Of a stretch of DNA of 64,000 nt, positions 20,150 through 28,723 are shown piece after piece (position 1 is the stretch's first letter; each line of letters starts with the position of its first letter). The stretch lies in contig OZ244651.1 of NCBI GenBank assembly GCA_965218695.1, positions 2,240,001 to 2,304,000 on the forward strand, read 5' to 3'. The notes under the pieces were generated by a model. It saw only the letters and a list, made by a program, of their open reading frames with translations. It was not told the DNA's origin and did not search any database. The DNA is from Nitrosopumilus sp. (lineage in GTDB: Archaea; Thermoproteota; Nitrososphaeria; Nitrososphaerales; Nitrosopumilaceae). The position numbers were made by a program, and so were the translations under genes.

Positions 20150-20199
20150 GAACCCCGGCTCCGCAGGTTTATAATGCAGTGTACCGTACTATACGGTAC

Positions 20200-20544
20200 A
20201 TGCAATCAAGACTCACGTGTATGACCCCGGAAGTGGCGGATCAGTTTGGAGACTTTATCATAAAGAGGGCCGAGCAGACACAGGACGTGGTAAGGGCAAG
20301 AACGAGGGATTTTAGCATGCTGTCCCTGCTGAAACTGCTGTATCAGCTCAGGGGCAGTCCCATGTCGTTTGTAGAGCTGTATACAAGGTCGGAGATCAGA
20401 ATGAAGAGATCATTCCTGAATTACCTGCACCTGTGTGTGGACTATAACTTTGTCAAGAGGGAGGCAGTCGGATGCCGGGTAAGATACTCCATCACGTGCA
20501 GGGGGAGGACCATGCTGGATCTCTTCACGCAGAAAGATAATTAG
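20200..20544 (+). CDS. winged-helix DNA-binding protein
   Basis: SFLNYLHLCVDYNFV..YSITCRGRTMLDLF wing pattern; TTTATAAT box at 20168-20175. Confidence 0.75.
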   Translation: MQSRLTCMTPEVADQFGDFIIKRAEQTQDVVRARTRDFSMLSLLKLLYQLRGSPMSFVELYTRSEIRMKRSFLNYLHLCVDYNFVKREAVGCRVRYSITCRGRTMLDLFTQKDN

Positions 20545-20566
20545 GCAGATCAGGCAGTACAAGATC

Positions 20567-21292
20567 ATGCAGAATGAATTTCCCGAGGCGGAGGTCTTTG
20601 AGACAAGAGACGTGGAGATGAACAGTCCGGTAATATTTGCAGGATTCGTAGGGGCCGGCCTCGTAGGCCCGGTAGCAATAGACCACATAATCAAGGAGCT
20701 GGAGATGGACGAGGTGGGAGTGATAAGATCAAAGTATCTCCCCCCGTCCACTGTCTTTATGAGGGGAAGGCTTCGCCATCCGTTCAGATTCTACGCAAAC
20801 AAGAACGGAACAATCTGTGCAATAATCTGCGAGGTGACCCTGAGGATGGACGGACTGTACTCGATGATATCGACCATTCTGGACTGGGCTGCATTGAAAG
20901 GCTCAAGGGAGATTGTGATTTTGGACGGGGTTGCAAGTGAGGCGCATGACAACAAGGCGTACTGCGCAGCAGAGGATGACTTGATCAGGACAATGGCAGA
21001 CAAGGACATCAACATGATACCGCAGGGGTTCATTACGGGTATGCCGGGAGGCATACTCAACGAATGCCTAGTAAGAGAGATCCAGGGCATAGCCCTGCTG
21101 GCAAAGGCAAACGACATGGAGCCTGATTCGGCGGCGGCGGCAACGCTCGTTGAGGCGCTTGGTAGGTTCTACGAGATTGACATAGATGCCACCGGACTGC
21201 GTGAGGAGAGCGAGAGGATTCAGTCAGAGTTCACCGAGCTCTCTGACAAGTATGTAAAGCATAGAAGAGAGATAACCGGGATGTACATGTGA
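20567..21292 (+). CDS. proteasome assembly chaperone (PAC2) family protein
   Basis: GFVGAGLVGPVA, HPFRFY, ITGMPGGIL, PDSAAAA, C-terminal HbYX-like MYM. Confidence 0.9.
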   Translation: MQNEFPEAEVFETRDVEMNSPVIFAGFVGAGLVGPVAIDHIIKELEMDEVGVIRSKYLPPSTVFMRGRLRHPFRFYANKNGTICAIICEVTLRMDGLYSMISTILDWAALKGSREIVILDGVASEAHDNKAYCAAEDDLIRTMADKDINMIPQGFITGMPGGILNECLVREIQGIALLAKANDMEPDSAAAATLVEALGRFYEIDIDATGLREESERIQSEFTELSDKYVKHRREITGMYM

Positions 21293-21361
21293 GGGTATGG
21301 CTTCACAGACGGGAGACGCCGGTTCGAAATTCATTTTAAGCCGGGGATACACGCGTATGTC

Positions 21362-21691
21362 ATGCCAGATGTCACGTATGATGATTTTGCCAAACTCGAC
21401 ATCCGGGTAGCAAGAATCGTTGCAGCCCAGCCCATACCTGGAAAATCAAGGATTCTCAAGGGACGGATTGATCTGGGAGACGGGGATCAGCGTGATGTGA
21501 TTATAGGGGGCGCACAGTATTTTCAGCCCGACGAGATTGTAGGGATGACGGCAGTGGCGGTTGTAAATCTGGAACCAAAGAGGCTGGCCGGAGTCGAGTC
21601 AAGCGCAATGCTGCTAGCCGCAGACGTAAACGACAAGCCGTTCTGGCTTACCGTATCCGGGGATGCTCCTCCTGGAAGCCCCGTAAAGTAA
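21362..21691 (+). CDS. tRNA-binding OB-fold protein (Trbp111/CsaA-like)
   Basis: DDFAKLDIRVARI, VVNLEPKRLAGVESSAMLL. Confidence 0.92.
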   Translation: MPDVTYDDFAKLDIRVARIVAAQPIPGKSRILKGRIDLGDGDQRDVIIGGAQYFQPDEIVGMTAVAVVNLEPKRLAGVESSAMLLAADVNDKPFWLTVSGDAPPGSPVK

Positions 21692-21807
21692 GTCGGTCGG
21701 TCGGCCGGCCGGCTGCCAACGGCAGATCATGCACGCCCCCGACGAATACGGCACAGGCAGTACCCAGGCATGGGCGGTGATCTTAAATGAAAAAGTTGGA
21801 TCTATGA

Positions 21808-22368
21808 CTAGTCATAAATCATTAGATTCTTCTCTTCTAGCATCGAATGAAGGTTGTTCACTGACCGGTAAACGTCGGGCTCTTTTTTGGCACCCGTACA
21901 GACAAGCTTTCCTGAGGAAAATAGCAAAATGACTGTCTTGGGGTCTAGCATTCTATGAATGAGTCCTGGAAACTGTTCTGGCTCGTACATGCTTCGCGGC
22001 AGCGTCCTTGCGGCCTGTTCAAGATGAATCCTTCCACCTAGGTTGATCGATGCTACGATGTTCTGAATCTCTACTACTGCGTCCTTCTTTACCTTGATTC
22101 CGCCCTTGCGGAGCTTTTGAACCACCGTCTTGACTGCCTTTCTTGCCATCTCCTCTGATTTGGAGCCTGTACATACCATCTTTCCCGAGGTGAAGATCAG
22201 TGTCGCAGTCTTGGGTACCTTGAGTCTGAAGACCAGTCCGGGAAACTGATCCGGATGGTACTCTACGTCCGGAAACGTCCTTGTGATCTCGTTGAGATCC
22301 ATCTTTTGATCCACAGATGCCGAGGCTACAACATTTTCCACACTTACAATAGGTTTCGTTTGTGGCAT
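21808..22368 (-). CDS. tbp: TATA-box-binding protein
   Basis: two repeats ENVVAS..YHPDQFPGLV..IFTSGKMVCTG / QNIVAS..YEPEQFPGLI..LFSSGKLVCTG. Confidence 0.99.
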   Translation of the reverse strand: MPQTKPIVSVENVVASASVDQKMDLNEITRTFPDVEYHPDQFPGLVFRLKVPKTATLIFTSGKMVCTGSKSEEMARKAVKTVVQKLRKGGIKVKKDAVVEIQNIVASINLGGRIHLEQAARTLPRSMYEPEQFPGLIHRMLDPKTVILLFSSGKLVCTGAKKEPDVYRSVNNLHSMLEEKNLMIYD

Positions 22369-22460
22369 ATTCCGCTTTTTGGTATTTGAACTATAATAAA
22401 AAAGTGCTTTTCTCGTCCGGTATTAGACATGCTTTTTAAGGAAAGTGTGCTCGCAGGGCG

Positions 22461-23816
22461 ATGACCCGGGAAAAGAGGCCCAAGAGGCACGACAAGATGC
22501 TGGAATTGGAGTCCGTGGTGCGCTGGCGGGGGCAGCTCAACGAGAGCGGCATCAGCAGCGGCATAAAAATCAACACCTACACGCGCGCCGTCTACCTGTC
22601 CAAGCTGTACCATTTCAACGAGTGGCTGGTCAAGCGCGAGTTCACCGTGCGCGTGCCGGTCGTAAAAAGCAAAAGGACGGTCCGCGAAAGCAGGCGGATG
22701 CCGTTTGCCAACGTGGAGGTGCTGCTCCACTTCGGCGAGGACGACAACGCCAAGAAGGTAAAGAGGATCGTTCAGGACTACCTGGCGGTGCTGCGCGACA
22801 GGGGGCTGTCCAACTCCACCATGGCCGGAGCGTGCTCGGCCATCAAGTCGTACTTTGACACGAACGACGTGGTAGTCAACGTCAAGCCACATTCGCTCAA
22901 GAGAAACGGATCAGTGGCTGTCGACGAGACCAAGCTGACGCTGCCGGAATTCTACAAGATGATGACCGTCGGCAAGATGAACCACCTGACGCGCGCCGTC
23001 CTCATGGTAAAGTTCCAGGCGGGGCTGGACAGGAGCACGCTCGCCGACAGGTTCAACTTCCACGCGTACGCGCAGATCGCGAAGTTCTGCGGGACCAAGA
23101 ACCACCGCGAATGGAGCCTCGACAAGTGCCCGATCCCGATCAGGCTCGTGCGGGTAAAGACCGGCGTCCAGTTCACCACCTTCATAGACCGCGACGCGCT
23201 GGCGGCGCTCAAGGACTACCTGGCGTGGAGGGAGGAAAATCACCCGTCGCACGATCCCGACGGCCCGATCTTCATCACCACGAAGGGCGAGCCGGTGTCC
23301 GTCGAGTGGGTGTCGCACACGTTCGCGAAGGGGGCCAAGTACTCCATGACGCAAAAGCGCCTGGGCCCACGCAAGGTCAAGCTGACGTCGCACTCCGTGC
23401 GCCACCTGCTCAAGACGACCCTCATCACCTGCGGGTGCGACCGATACGTGGCAGACTACGCCATCGGGCACGCGCCCGACACCTATGAAAGGCCGGATCT
23501 GTGTCCGGACAAGCTGAGGCGCGAGTACGCCAAGGCGTCGCACGCGATCAACATAATCTCCAAGGCCGCATCGAAGATAAACGACATGAGACCCGCAAAC
23601 GCCATGGAAAAGGATCTGGAGGCAAGCAAGGCCAAGGTAGAGGAGTTGGAAAAGAAGGTCAACGAACTGAAGGCCGAGATTGCCAAGAAGAACGCCAGAA
23701 GCGCAGACGCCGTATCCAAGCTCGACATGGTGGTAAGGGCGATCATCGACGCGTCAGGCGATCCCGACGGGGACTTCCGCCAGAACCTCAAGGACAGGCT
23801 CGGCGGACTGCCTTAG
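22461..23816 (+). CDS. tyrosine recombinase/integrase with C-terminal coiled coil
   Basis: SAIKSYF core-binding helix, QAGLD (box I, R replaced by D), RVKT, HSVR, IGH..Y. Confidence 0.85.
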   Translation: MTREKRPKRHDKMLELESVVRWRGQLNESGISSGIKINTYTRAVYLSKLYHFNEWLVKREFTVRVPVVKSKRTVRESRRMPFANVEVLLHFGEDDNAKKVKRIVQDYLAVLRDRGLSNSTMAGACSAIKSYFDTNDVVVNVKPHSLKRNGSVAVDETKLTLPEFYKMMTVGKMNHLTRAVLMVKFQAGLDRSTLADRFNFHAYAQIAKFCGTKNHREWSLDKCPIPIRLVRVKTGVQFTTFIDRDALAALKDYLAWREENHPSHDPDGPIFITTKGEPVSVEWVSHTFAKGAKYSMTQKRLGPRKVKLTSHSVRHLLKTTLITCGCDRYVADYAIGHAPDTYERPDLCPDKLRREYAKASHAINIISKAASKINDMRPANAMEKDLEASKAKVEELEKKVNELKAEIAKKNARSADAVSKLDMVVRAIIDASGDPDGDFRQNLKDRLGGLP

Positions 23817-23985
23817 CGTGCCTTGACTCCAACGCGACTCTCAATCTGCAAGAGACGGGATAATTGCGGGTTGTTCCGTGCGGACGCGATGCTTGCCCTC
23901 AGTAACCAACAGATTAGGCAACGCATGAAACAGAAACGGCAGGCACAGTCAAAAATACTGGTTCAAATGCGGCAACCATAAAGTC

Positions 23986-24315
23986 CTACTCGTCATCCTT
24001 TTCAATACCCCTTTTCCTGTCGTAACGGCGGATGATTACTGGCAAGATTGCGCCTGCCATGAAAAGCGGACTGGCAGTGACTAAGAACGTGAGAAAGAAT
24101 ACGTGCCTTTCCGTTTTTATCTCGCACGGCCACGTGATTCCGTCCACCGAACATGGCGGAATCTGCATTTGCCATTGGGGGCAAGGTTGCATGATTCCGT
24201 TCACCTCATACCAGCAATTGTCAGAATTGTGCCTGACGGCAGGCTCCAGAGGGAGTGCCAGCGCAAGATATGCGATCACGGCCACCGGGAGCAAGAAGAA
24301 AAACCCCCATGACAA
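23986..24315 (-). CDS. small 2-TM protein with Cys-rich loop (paralog of 45151-45519)
   Basis: NCWYEVNGIMQPCP..PPC.VDGITWPC conserved in both copies. Confidence 0.7.
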   Translation of the reverse strand: MSWGFFFLLPVAVIAYLALALPLEPAVRHNSDNCWYEVNGIMQPCPQWQMQIPPCSVDGITWPCEIKTERHVFFLTFLVTASPLFMAGAILPVIIRRYDRKRGIEKDDE

Positions 24316-24336
24316 GAATAATCTTGTGCCCGGTTT

Positions 24337-24603
24337 TCATTTTTTGATCCTCCACAATGCCAAGACGCCCATGCAGGCAAACGACACACCCAGCATGAGG
24401 AACCCAGCCGGTTCTTCTGGCACGACGTCAAAAAGATTTGTGGACGCCGACGTTCCAAAGAAGTTGAGCCCACTAATGTGTGATGACTCGTTGTTGCAAT
24501 CTGGCAGCATTTCGCATGTGAGCCAAACAACGTGTGGCACCTGAGGCCAAACTGCAAAGAAGGCCAGAGTCGTGATTGCCGGGGCTTTGTACCGATTTCT
24601 CAT
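24337..24603 (-). CDS. small hypothetical membrane protein
   Basis: 88 aa, hydrophobic N and C termini, co-oriented 21 bp upstream of the previous gene. Confidence 0.55.
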   Translation of the reverse strand: MRNRYKAPAITTLAFFAVWPQVPHVVWLTCEMLPDCNNESSHISGLNFFGTSASTNLFDVVPEEPAGFLMLGVSFACMGVLALWRIKK

Positions 24604-24625
24604 CTTCTGAATTTCGGCTTCGTTT

Positions 24626-26224
24626 GTAACTGTGTAGTTTTTTGATCAAATGCTGAATTCCATGTCTCCAAGAAACTATGTATTTTTTTGACATAGGACC
24701 AGACCCTCGCGCAGGACCGTGCCAAGATCATCTCCCCTTGCCTTGCATGTCTGCTTGATGCTCATCAGCGTGGCAATGGCGTCTGCGCCCTTCTTTGACC
24801 TGCTCCCGTTGCTGTTCTTGCGCAGGATGACGCACGGCCTGATGGCCCGCTCTGCCCGGTTGTTGTGGTATTCGACATCGTCTGTCTCCAGAAACGCAAA
24901 CAGGTGATCCCTTTCCCGCACCAGCCTCTTGCGCATCCTGTTGCAGTGCTTGCAGTCGCGGTTCTTCTCGAGCCTGCCTATCATGGACGCGATGCGACGA
25001 TCCAGCCTCTTCTTTGCGGCAAGCGCGTCTGCCCCTCCCGGAACGGCGCCGTCGACGTGCGAGTCCCGCAGTATCGCGCGCAGCGTCCTTGCGTGCCGAC
25101 GGTAGTCCTGGCCGGGATTCTTGTATCTCAGGGTGGCCTTGACGTCCCGGACGTAATGCAGGTGGCACTTTTGGTGCATGGCTCCTATGACGTTCCACGC
25201 TCCCCACGAGTCAGACGTCACGCATCCCGGGTAGTCCTTGCCGAGCATCTTTTTTGGAACCTTCGAGTTCCTGCGGCGGTGCACCTCGTAGATTACGGCG
25301 TACCTTGTTACCACCGCCCACAGCCAGTAGTTCGTGCCGTCGACGCGCCAGACGGACTCGTCCCCGTTTATCGCAGGCGAGTTTCTTACCTCCTCCTTGA
25401 TCTTCTCGTACAGCGGCCCGAGCTCCCGGGCCATCCTGCACACCATACGGTTTATCGCAGATTCCGTGATTCTTGCCGAGTACATCATCATGACAATATT
25501 GCATATTCTGAGGTCTGACATGCCGTGCAGCCTGAGGATGACCATCATTATCATAAAGTTGATCCCGTACCTGGAGTTTGGCAGTGCCAGCGGAGTCCTG
25601 CCGGACACGGTCTTCTTGCAGTTCCTGCAACGTCTTCTCTTTACTGTCACCTTGATGTGCTTTAGTTCCGTCTTGGCAGCCTCCCTTACCACCTTTGTGT
25701 ACGTGGATACGCACTCGGAGAGGTCGGAGCTGCCGCAGTTGTCGCACGTGTGGGGATCTGCCGTCTCCTCTGCGTCTATTCTTTCAGGACGCGCAAGGCC
25801 CGTGCGCCTGTGGACGCTTGGCTTGCCCTTGGCCTTTGTGCGGCGTCTGGCACTGCCCGTCTTTTTGTCAGGTTTTGCGCCGATGCTCCTTGCAACGGCA
25901 GCCGATATGGTGCCCCTTGCTTCCTGCAACTCTGCCGTGAGGTCCTGGATCTGCCTGAGGGCGGCAGCGTAAAGATCAGTGAGTTTGGCTATCTGCTGGT
26001 CCTTTTTGGCCAGCTGCCCTGCCATCATCTCCACTTTTTCCTCCAGTTCTGCAATCCTTGACTCGGAATTATCATCAGACATAATGCAAACCGTGGGAAC
26101 TGATGATCTAAAAATTGGAATGGAGAGAAAAACTCGATCAAGTGATTAAAAATAGTTTCAAAAAAACTACACAGACGTTTGTAGGCATGGAATTCAACAT
26201 TTGATCAAAAAACTACACAGTTAC
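24626..26224 (-). mobile_element. IS66-family (single-ORF) insertion sequence
   Basis: about 42-bp TIRs GTAACTGTGTAGTTTTTTGATCAAATG.TGAATTCCATG; 8-bp TSD CTTCGTTT (24618-24625, 26225-26232). Confidence 0.95.
24676..26082 (-). CDS. IS66-family transposase
   Basis: coiled coil, CDNC..CRNC, NGDESVWR, VTSDSW, QKCHLH, YHNNRAERAIRP. Confidence 0.93.
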   Translation of the reverse strand: MSDDNSESRIAELEEKVEMMAGQLAKKDQQIAKLTDLYAAALRQIQDLTAELQEARGTISAAVARSIGAKPDKKTGSARRRTKAKGKPSVHRRTGLARPERIDAEETADPHTCDNCGSSDLSECVSTYTKVVREAAKTELKHIKVTVKRRRCRNCKKTVSGRTPLALPNSRYGINFMIMMVILRLHGMSDLRICNIVMMMYSARITESAINRMVCRMARELGPLYEKIKEEVRNSPAINGDESVWRVDGTNYWLWAVVTRYAVIYEVHRRRNSKVPKKMLGKDYPGCVTSDSWGAWNVIGAMHQKCHLHYVRDVKATLRYKNPGQDYRRHARTLRAILRDSHVDGAVPGGADALAAKKRLDRRIASMIGRLEKNRDCKHCNRMRKRLVRERDHLFAFLETDDVEYHNNRAERAIRPCVILRKNSNGSRSKKGADAIATLMSIKQTCKARGDDLGTVLREGLVLCQKNT

Positions 26225-26253
26225 CTTCGTTTAATTATAATGGTTCCGAGTGT

Positions 26254-26300
26254 CGGTTCTGTAACGTTATCGTGTGCTGTGTATGGATCTTCTCCGGGTT
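26254..26300 (+). repeat. third, degenerate copy of the GGTTCTGT...GATCTTCTCC terminal repeat
   Basis: GGTTCTGTAACGTTATCG...TATGGATCTTCTCCGGGTTG resembles the 15829/20054 TIRs; partner end not found. Confidence 0.65.
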
Positions 26301-26382
26301 GGATCGCGGTTGAGGCTACACATTCACGGGGGCTCTTCAAACAAGACGGTCTGACGCATATCGATTGGATGAATTTTGTCTA

Positions 26383-26655
26383 AGATCCACATCTATGTTA
26401 ACCCCTCCCCGGGCTTGTCCAAGTTTTGCGTCCAGCTTGTCATATTGAGTATGTTTTTTTCCTTCTTAAGCGTTACCTGCATGCAGAATCCTGCCAGATC
26501 CGCGGGACAACAAGATCCAAACCTTGCCGTTTTCTGCAAATTTGACTGAATTCTTCTTGCAGGTAACGCTTAAGAAGACAAAGGGCATACCCAAAGTGAC
26601 AAGCTGGACGCAAAACACGGATGAGTCCGGGGAGGGGTTACATATATGTGGATCT
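26383..26655. mobile_element. MITE with about 100-bp imperfect inverted arms
   Basis: AGATCCACATCTATGTTAACCCCTCCCCGG..TTGCGTCCAGCTTGTCA..CTTCTTAAGCGTTACCTGCA mirrored by TGCAGGTAACGCTTAAGAAG..TGACAAGCTGGACGCAA..CCGGGGAGGGGTTACATATATGTGGATCT; no clear TSD. Confidence 0.8.
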
Positions 26656-26776
26656 GGAATGCCCTGTGGAGCATTTCTGGTGATCCTACTGATTGGTTTG
26701 CTGAAATCTTCGCCTTAGTCTGGCTTTCTTTGTAATTCTCTGTCGTGATTAAAGAAAAAGATTAGTTGTCTACGTC

Positions 26777-27370
26777 TTATCCGCCTCTTCCCAGATGTTC
26801 TGTTATCTTTTCTAGGTCCAGAGCCTCGTCATCCCATTGTTCATGGTATTTACCATTTTCACGTAGAACAAATGTAGATTGAATTCCTTGTGAATCATAG
26901 TATGTTCCATGTACTAAATCATCTACGGGATTATCCAGATAAACCAAGACTTGAGCATCTCTCTCGAATGTTGGAACCGGTTCAAATTTGGTTGTGACTT
27001 GATTGTGCGTTCCACCTACAGTCCTTACTGTGATAAGAGCACCTTCTAGCCCATCATCGCCCAAAAGAACATCGGTTACACGAAGATCAGTCAGTGTAAA
27101 GACCTTGGGGAAGACCAATTCACCTACACTAAAGTAGGTAAGATATGTCCTTGAATCATCTACGATGCCTTTAACGGCGATATCGGCTTTTTCTGCCATT
27201 TTTTCTGCTGTGCCTTCGACCATAAACCCATGTGTTTTACTTTCATGAGGTATGTATCCCATCACTGCGACAGTAAAAACCAACATGACCGTTAGAGAAA
27301 CTCCAATGGCTGGAATGGACACCAATTTTTTACGGCTCATTTTCAGTATTTTCCTTGAATTTCTGATCAC
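26777..27370 (-). CDS. hypothetical membrane-anchored/exported beta-rich protein
   Basis: N-terminal TM; ADIAVKGIV..VTDVLLG..ITVRTVGG..F......VLVYL pattern; lower GC. Confidence 0.75.
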   Translation of the reverse strand: MIRNSRKILKMSRKKLVSIPAIGVSLTVMLVFTVAVMGYIPHESKTHGFMVEGTAEKMAEKADIAVKGIVDDSRTYLTYFSVGELVFPKVFTLTDLRVTDVLLGDDGLEGALITVRTVGGTHNQVTTKFEPVPTFERDAQVLVYLDNPVDDLVHGTYYDSQGIQSTFVLRENGKYHEQWDDEALDLEKITEHLGRGG

Positions 27371-27640
27371 CTAAATTTGCCAGTGCCATGTAACATTATC
27401 AGGTGCCAAGCATGGAATATGAATTTTCTCTGAAATGGTGTGGTGGATGGAGAAAGGCATTTTATGGGAACTGGTAATGCGGTCCACCCCGTTGGAAGTA
27501 TGAGCAGCTCTCTGTCTTCAACTTGGCAATTCTTCGTGCACGCCTCTGCATAATATTCCATCGATGAGTATGCTCTTGGTGTGGTAGAAGACTGATGTTG
27601 GATCCGTCGGAATGTGTTTCCCGTCAGGTGGATCTTCTGG

Positions 27641-28390
27641 CTACTGCTCCCATGCTCTTGCCTGTGCCTCTTCGAGGTACCTGTCGCAGTCATCACCGTC
27701 TTCTATCAGGATACAATCGCCGTACTCGCCGACGACTAGCCAGTAGTATAGGTCTGCTTCGCGCATCTCATACGGGGGACGTCCAAGCAGTGTTTGGGTC
27801 TCCACAATCTCCAGTATCTCCGGTGCCAGCACACTCATGCTGCCAAACATGTCCTCCAGGCTTTCACTGACCGCGCCTACTGGGTATTCTGCCTCCAGGT
27901 ATGCGTGAAGTTTTTGCAGCGGCTCCAGATCAGGCTGCTGGTACGTTCCGGCCAGCTTGCTTTCATGTATTACGAGTGCTGCCACCTTTTCCGGATTTAC
28001 TACCGCGTCTGTCAGTACAACAAAGTTGGTTGTACGTATACCCAAGTTGATGGATTCCTCCATGTGTGGGTTGCCTTTGCTTGCCTCCAGCCTTTCGTTC
28101 CAGCGGGTATAATTCCACCTGATCTCTTCTATTCCGTCAAAGTGTTCAACTAACGCAGGGGACATTTCGTACGGTATGCGGTAGCCGTCAAAGATCTTCC
28201 CGTTTGAGATGGATTCATGCCTCAACTCGGCTATTGACCGCTCTTCCTGTGTTTCCTCGCTCGGGGCATCTGCCAGCCCGTCATCATTTCCTACAAAGGA
28301 CAGTCCGGCCTGCACTACCAGAAGCAATGCCACAACTGCAAGCATTCCAGCTAGGATTAATTTTTTGCCAGTCATTGCCTTTTTGTTCAT
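27641..28390 (-). CDS. hypothetical exported protein (possibly C-terminally frameshifted)
   Basis: signal/anchor peptide, acidic helical body; a second frame (27367-27696) bridges to the next gene. Confidence 0.65.
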   Translation of the reverse strand: MNKKAMTGKKLILAGMLAVVALLLVVQAGLSFVGNDDGLADAPSEETQEERSIAELRHESISNGKIFDGYRIPYEMSPALVEHFDGIEEIRWNYTRWNERLEASKGNPHMEESINLGIRTTNFVVLTDAVVNPEKVAALVIHESKLAGTYQQPDLEPLQKLHAYLEAEYPVGAVSESLEDMFGSMSVLAPEILEIVETQTLLGRPPYEMREADLYYWLVVGEYGDCILIEDGDDCDRYLEEAQARAWEQ

Positions 28391-28439
28391 TGTTGATGTG
28401 GGAAAGTTTGGTTTAATAGGCTTTGATTAAAGATCTGTG

Positions 28440-28668
28440 GGCTCTGGTAAGTTTTGGTGATCTGTCGTTCACTGTTCAAAAGTGTGTTTTGGGATATTCT
28501 CAGGATTCGGTTCCGCCGCATTTCATCAGGGCGTTCGAAAGTGTCATGCCCCCAATAATGTGGTTCAAAAGTGAACTGAGTCACATTCACACCTTGGTGG
28601 TAGATTTTCGTGATCTCAGTACGATCTTTTGAGTAACAAATGAGAGATCACTAGAATTTGCCAGAGCC
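28440..28668. mobile_element. 229-bp MITE with IS6-like ends
   Basis: 24-bp TIRs GGCTCTGGTAAGTTTTGGTGATCT / AGATCACTAGAATTTGCCAGAGCC (4 transitions); three internal GTTC(A/G)AAAGTG motifs; no clean TSD. Confidence 0.7.
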
Positions 28669-28723
28669 ATCGGCACCATACGCACATACAGGTCGGGGGC
28701 TTATATCGATAAGTATACAACCT

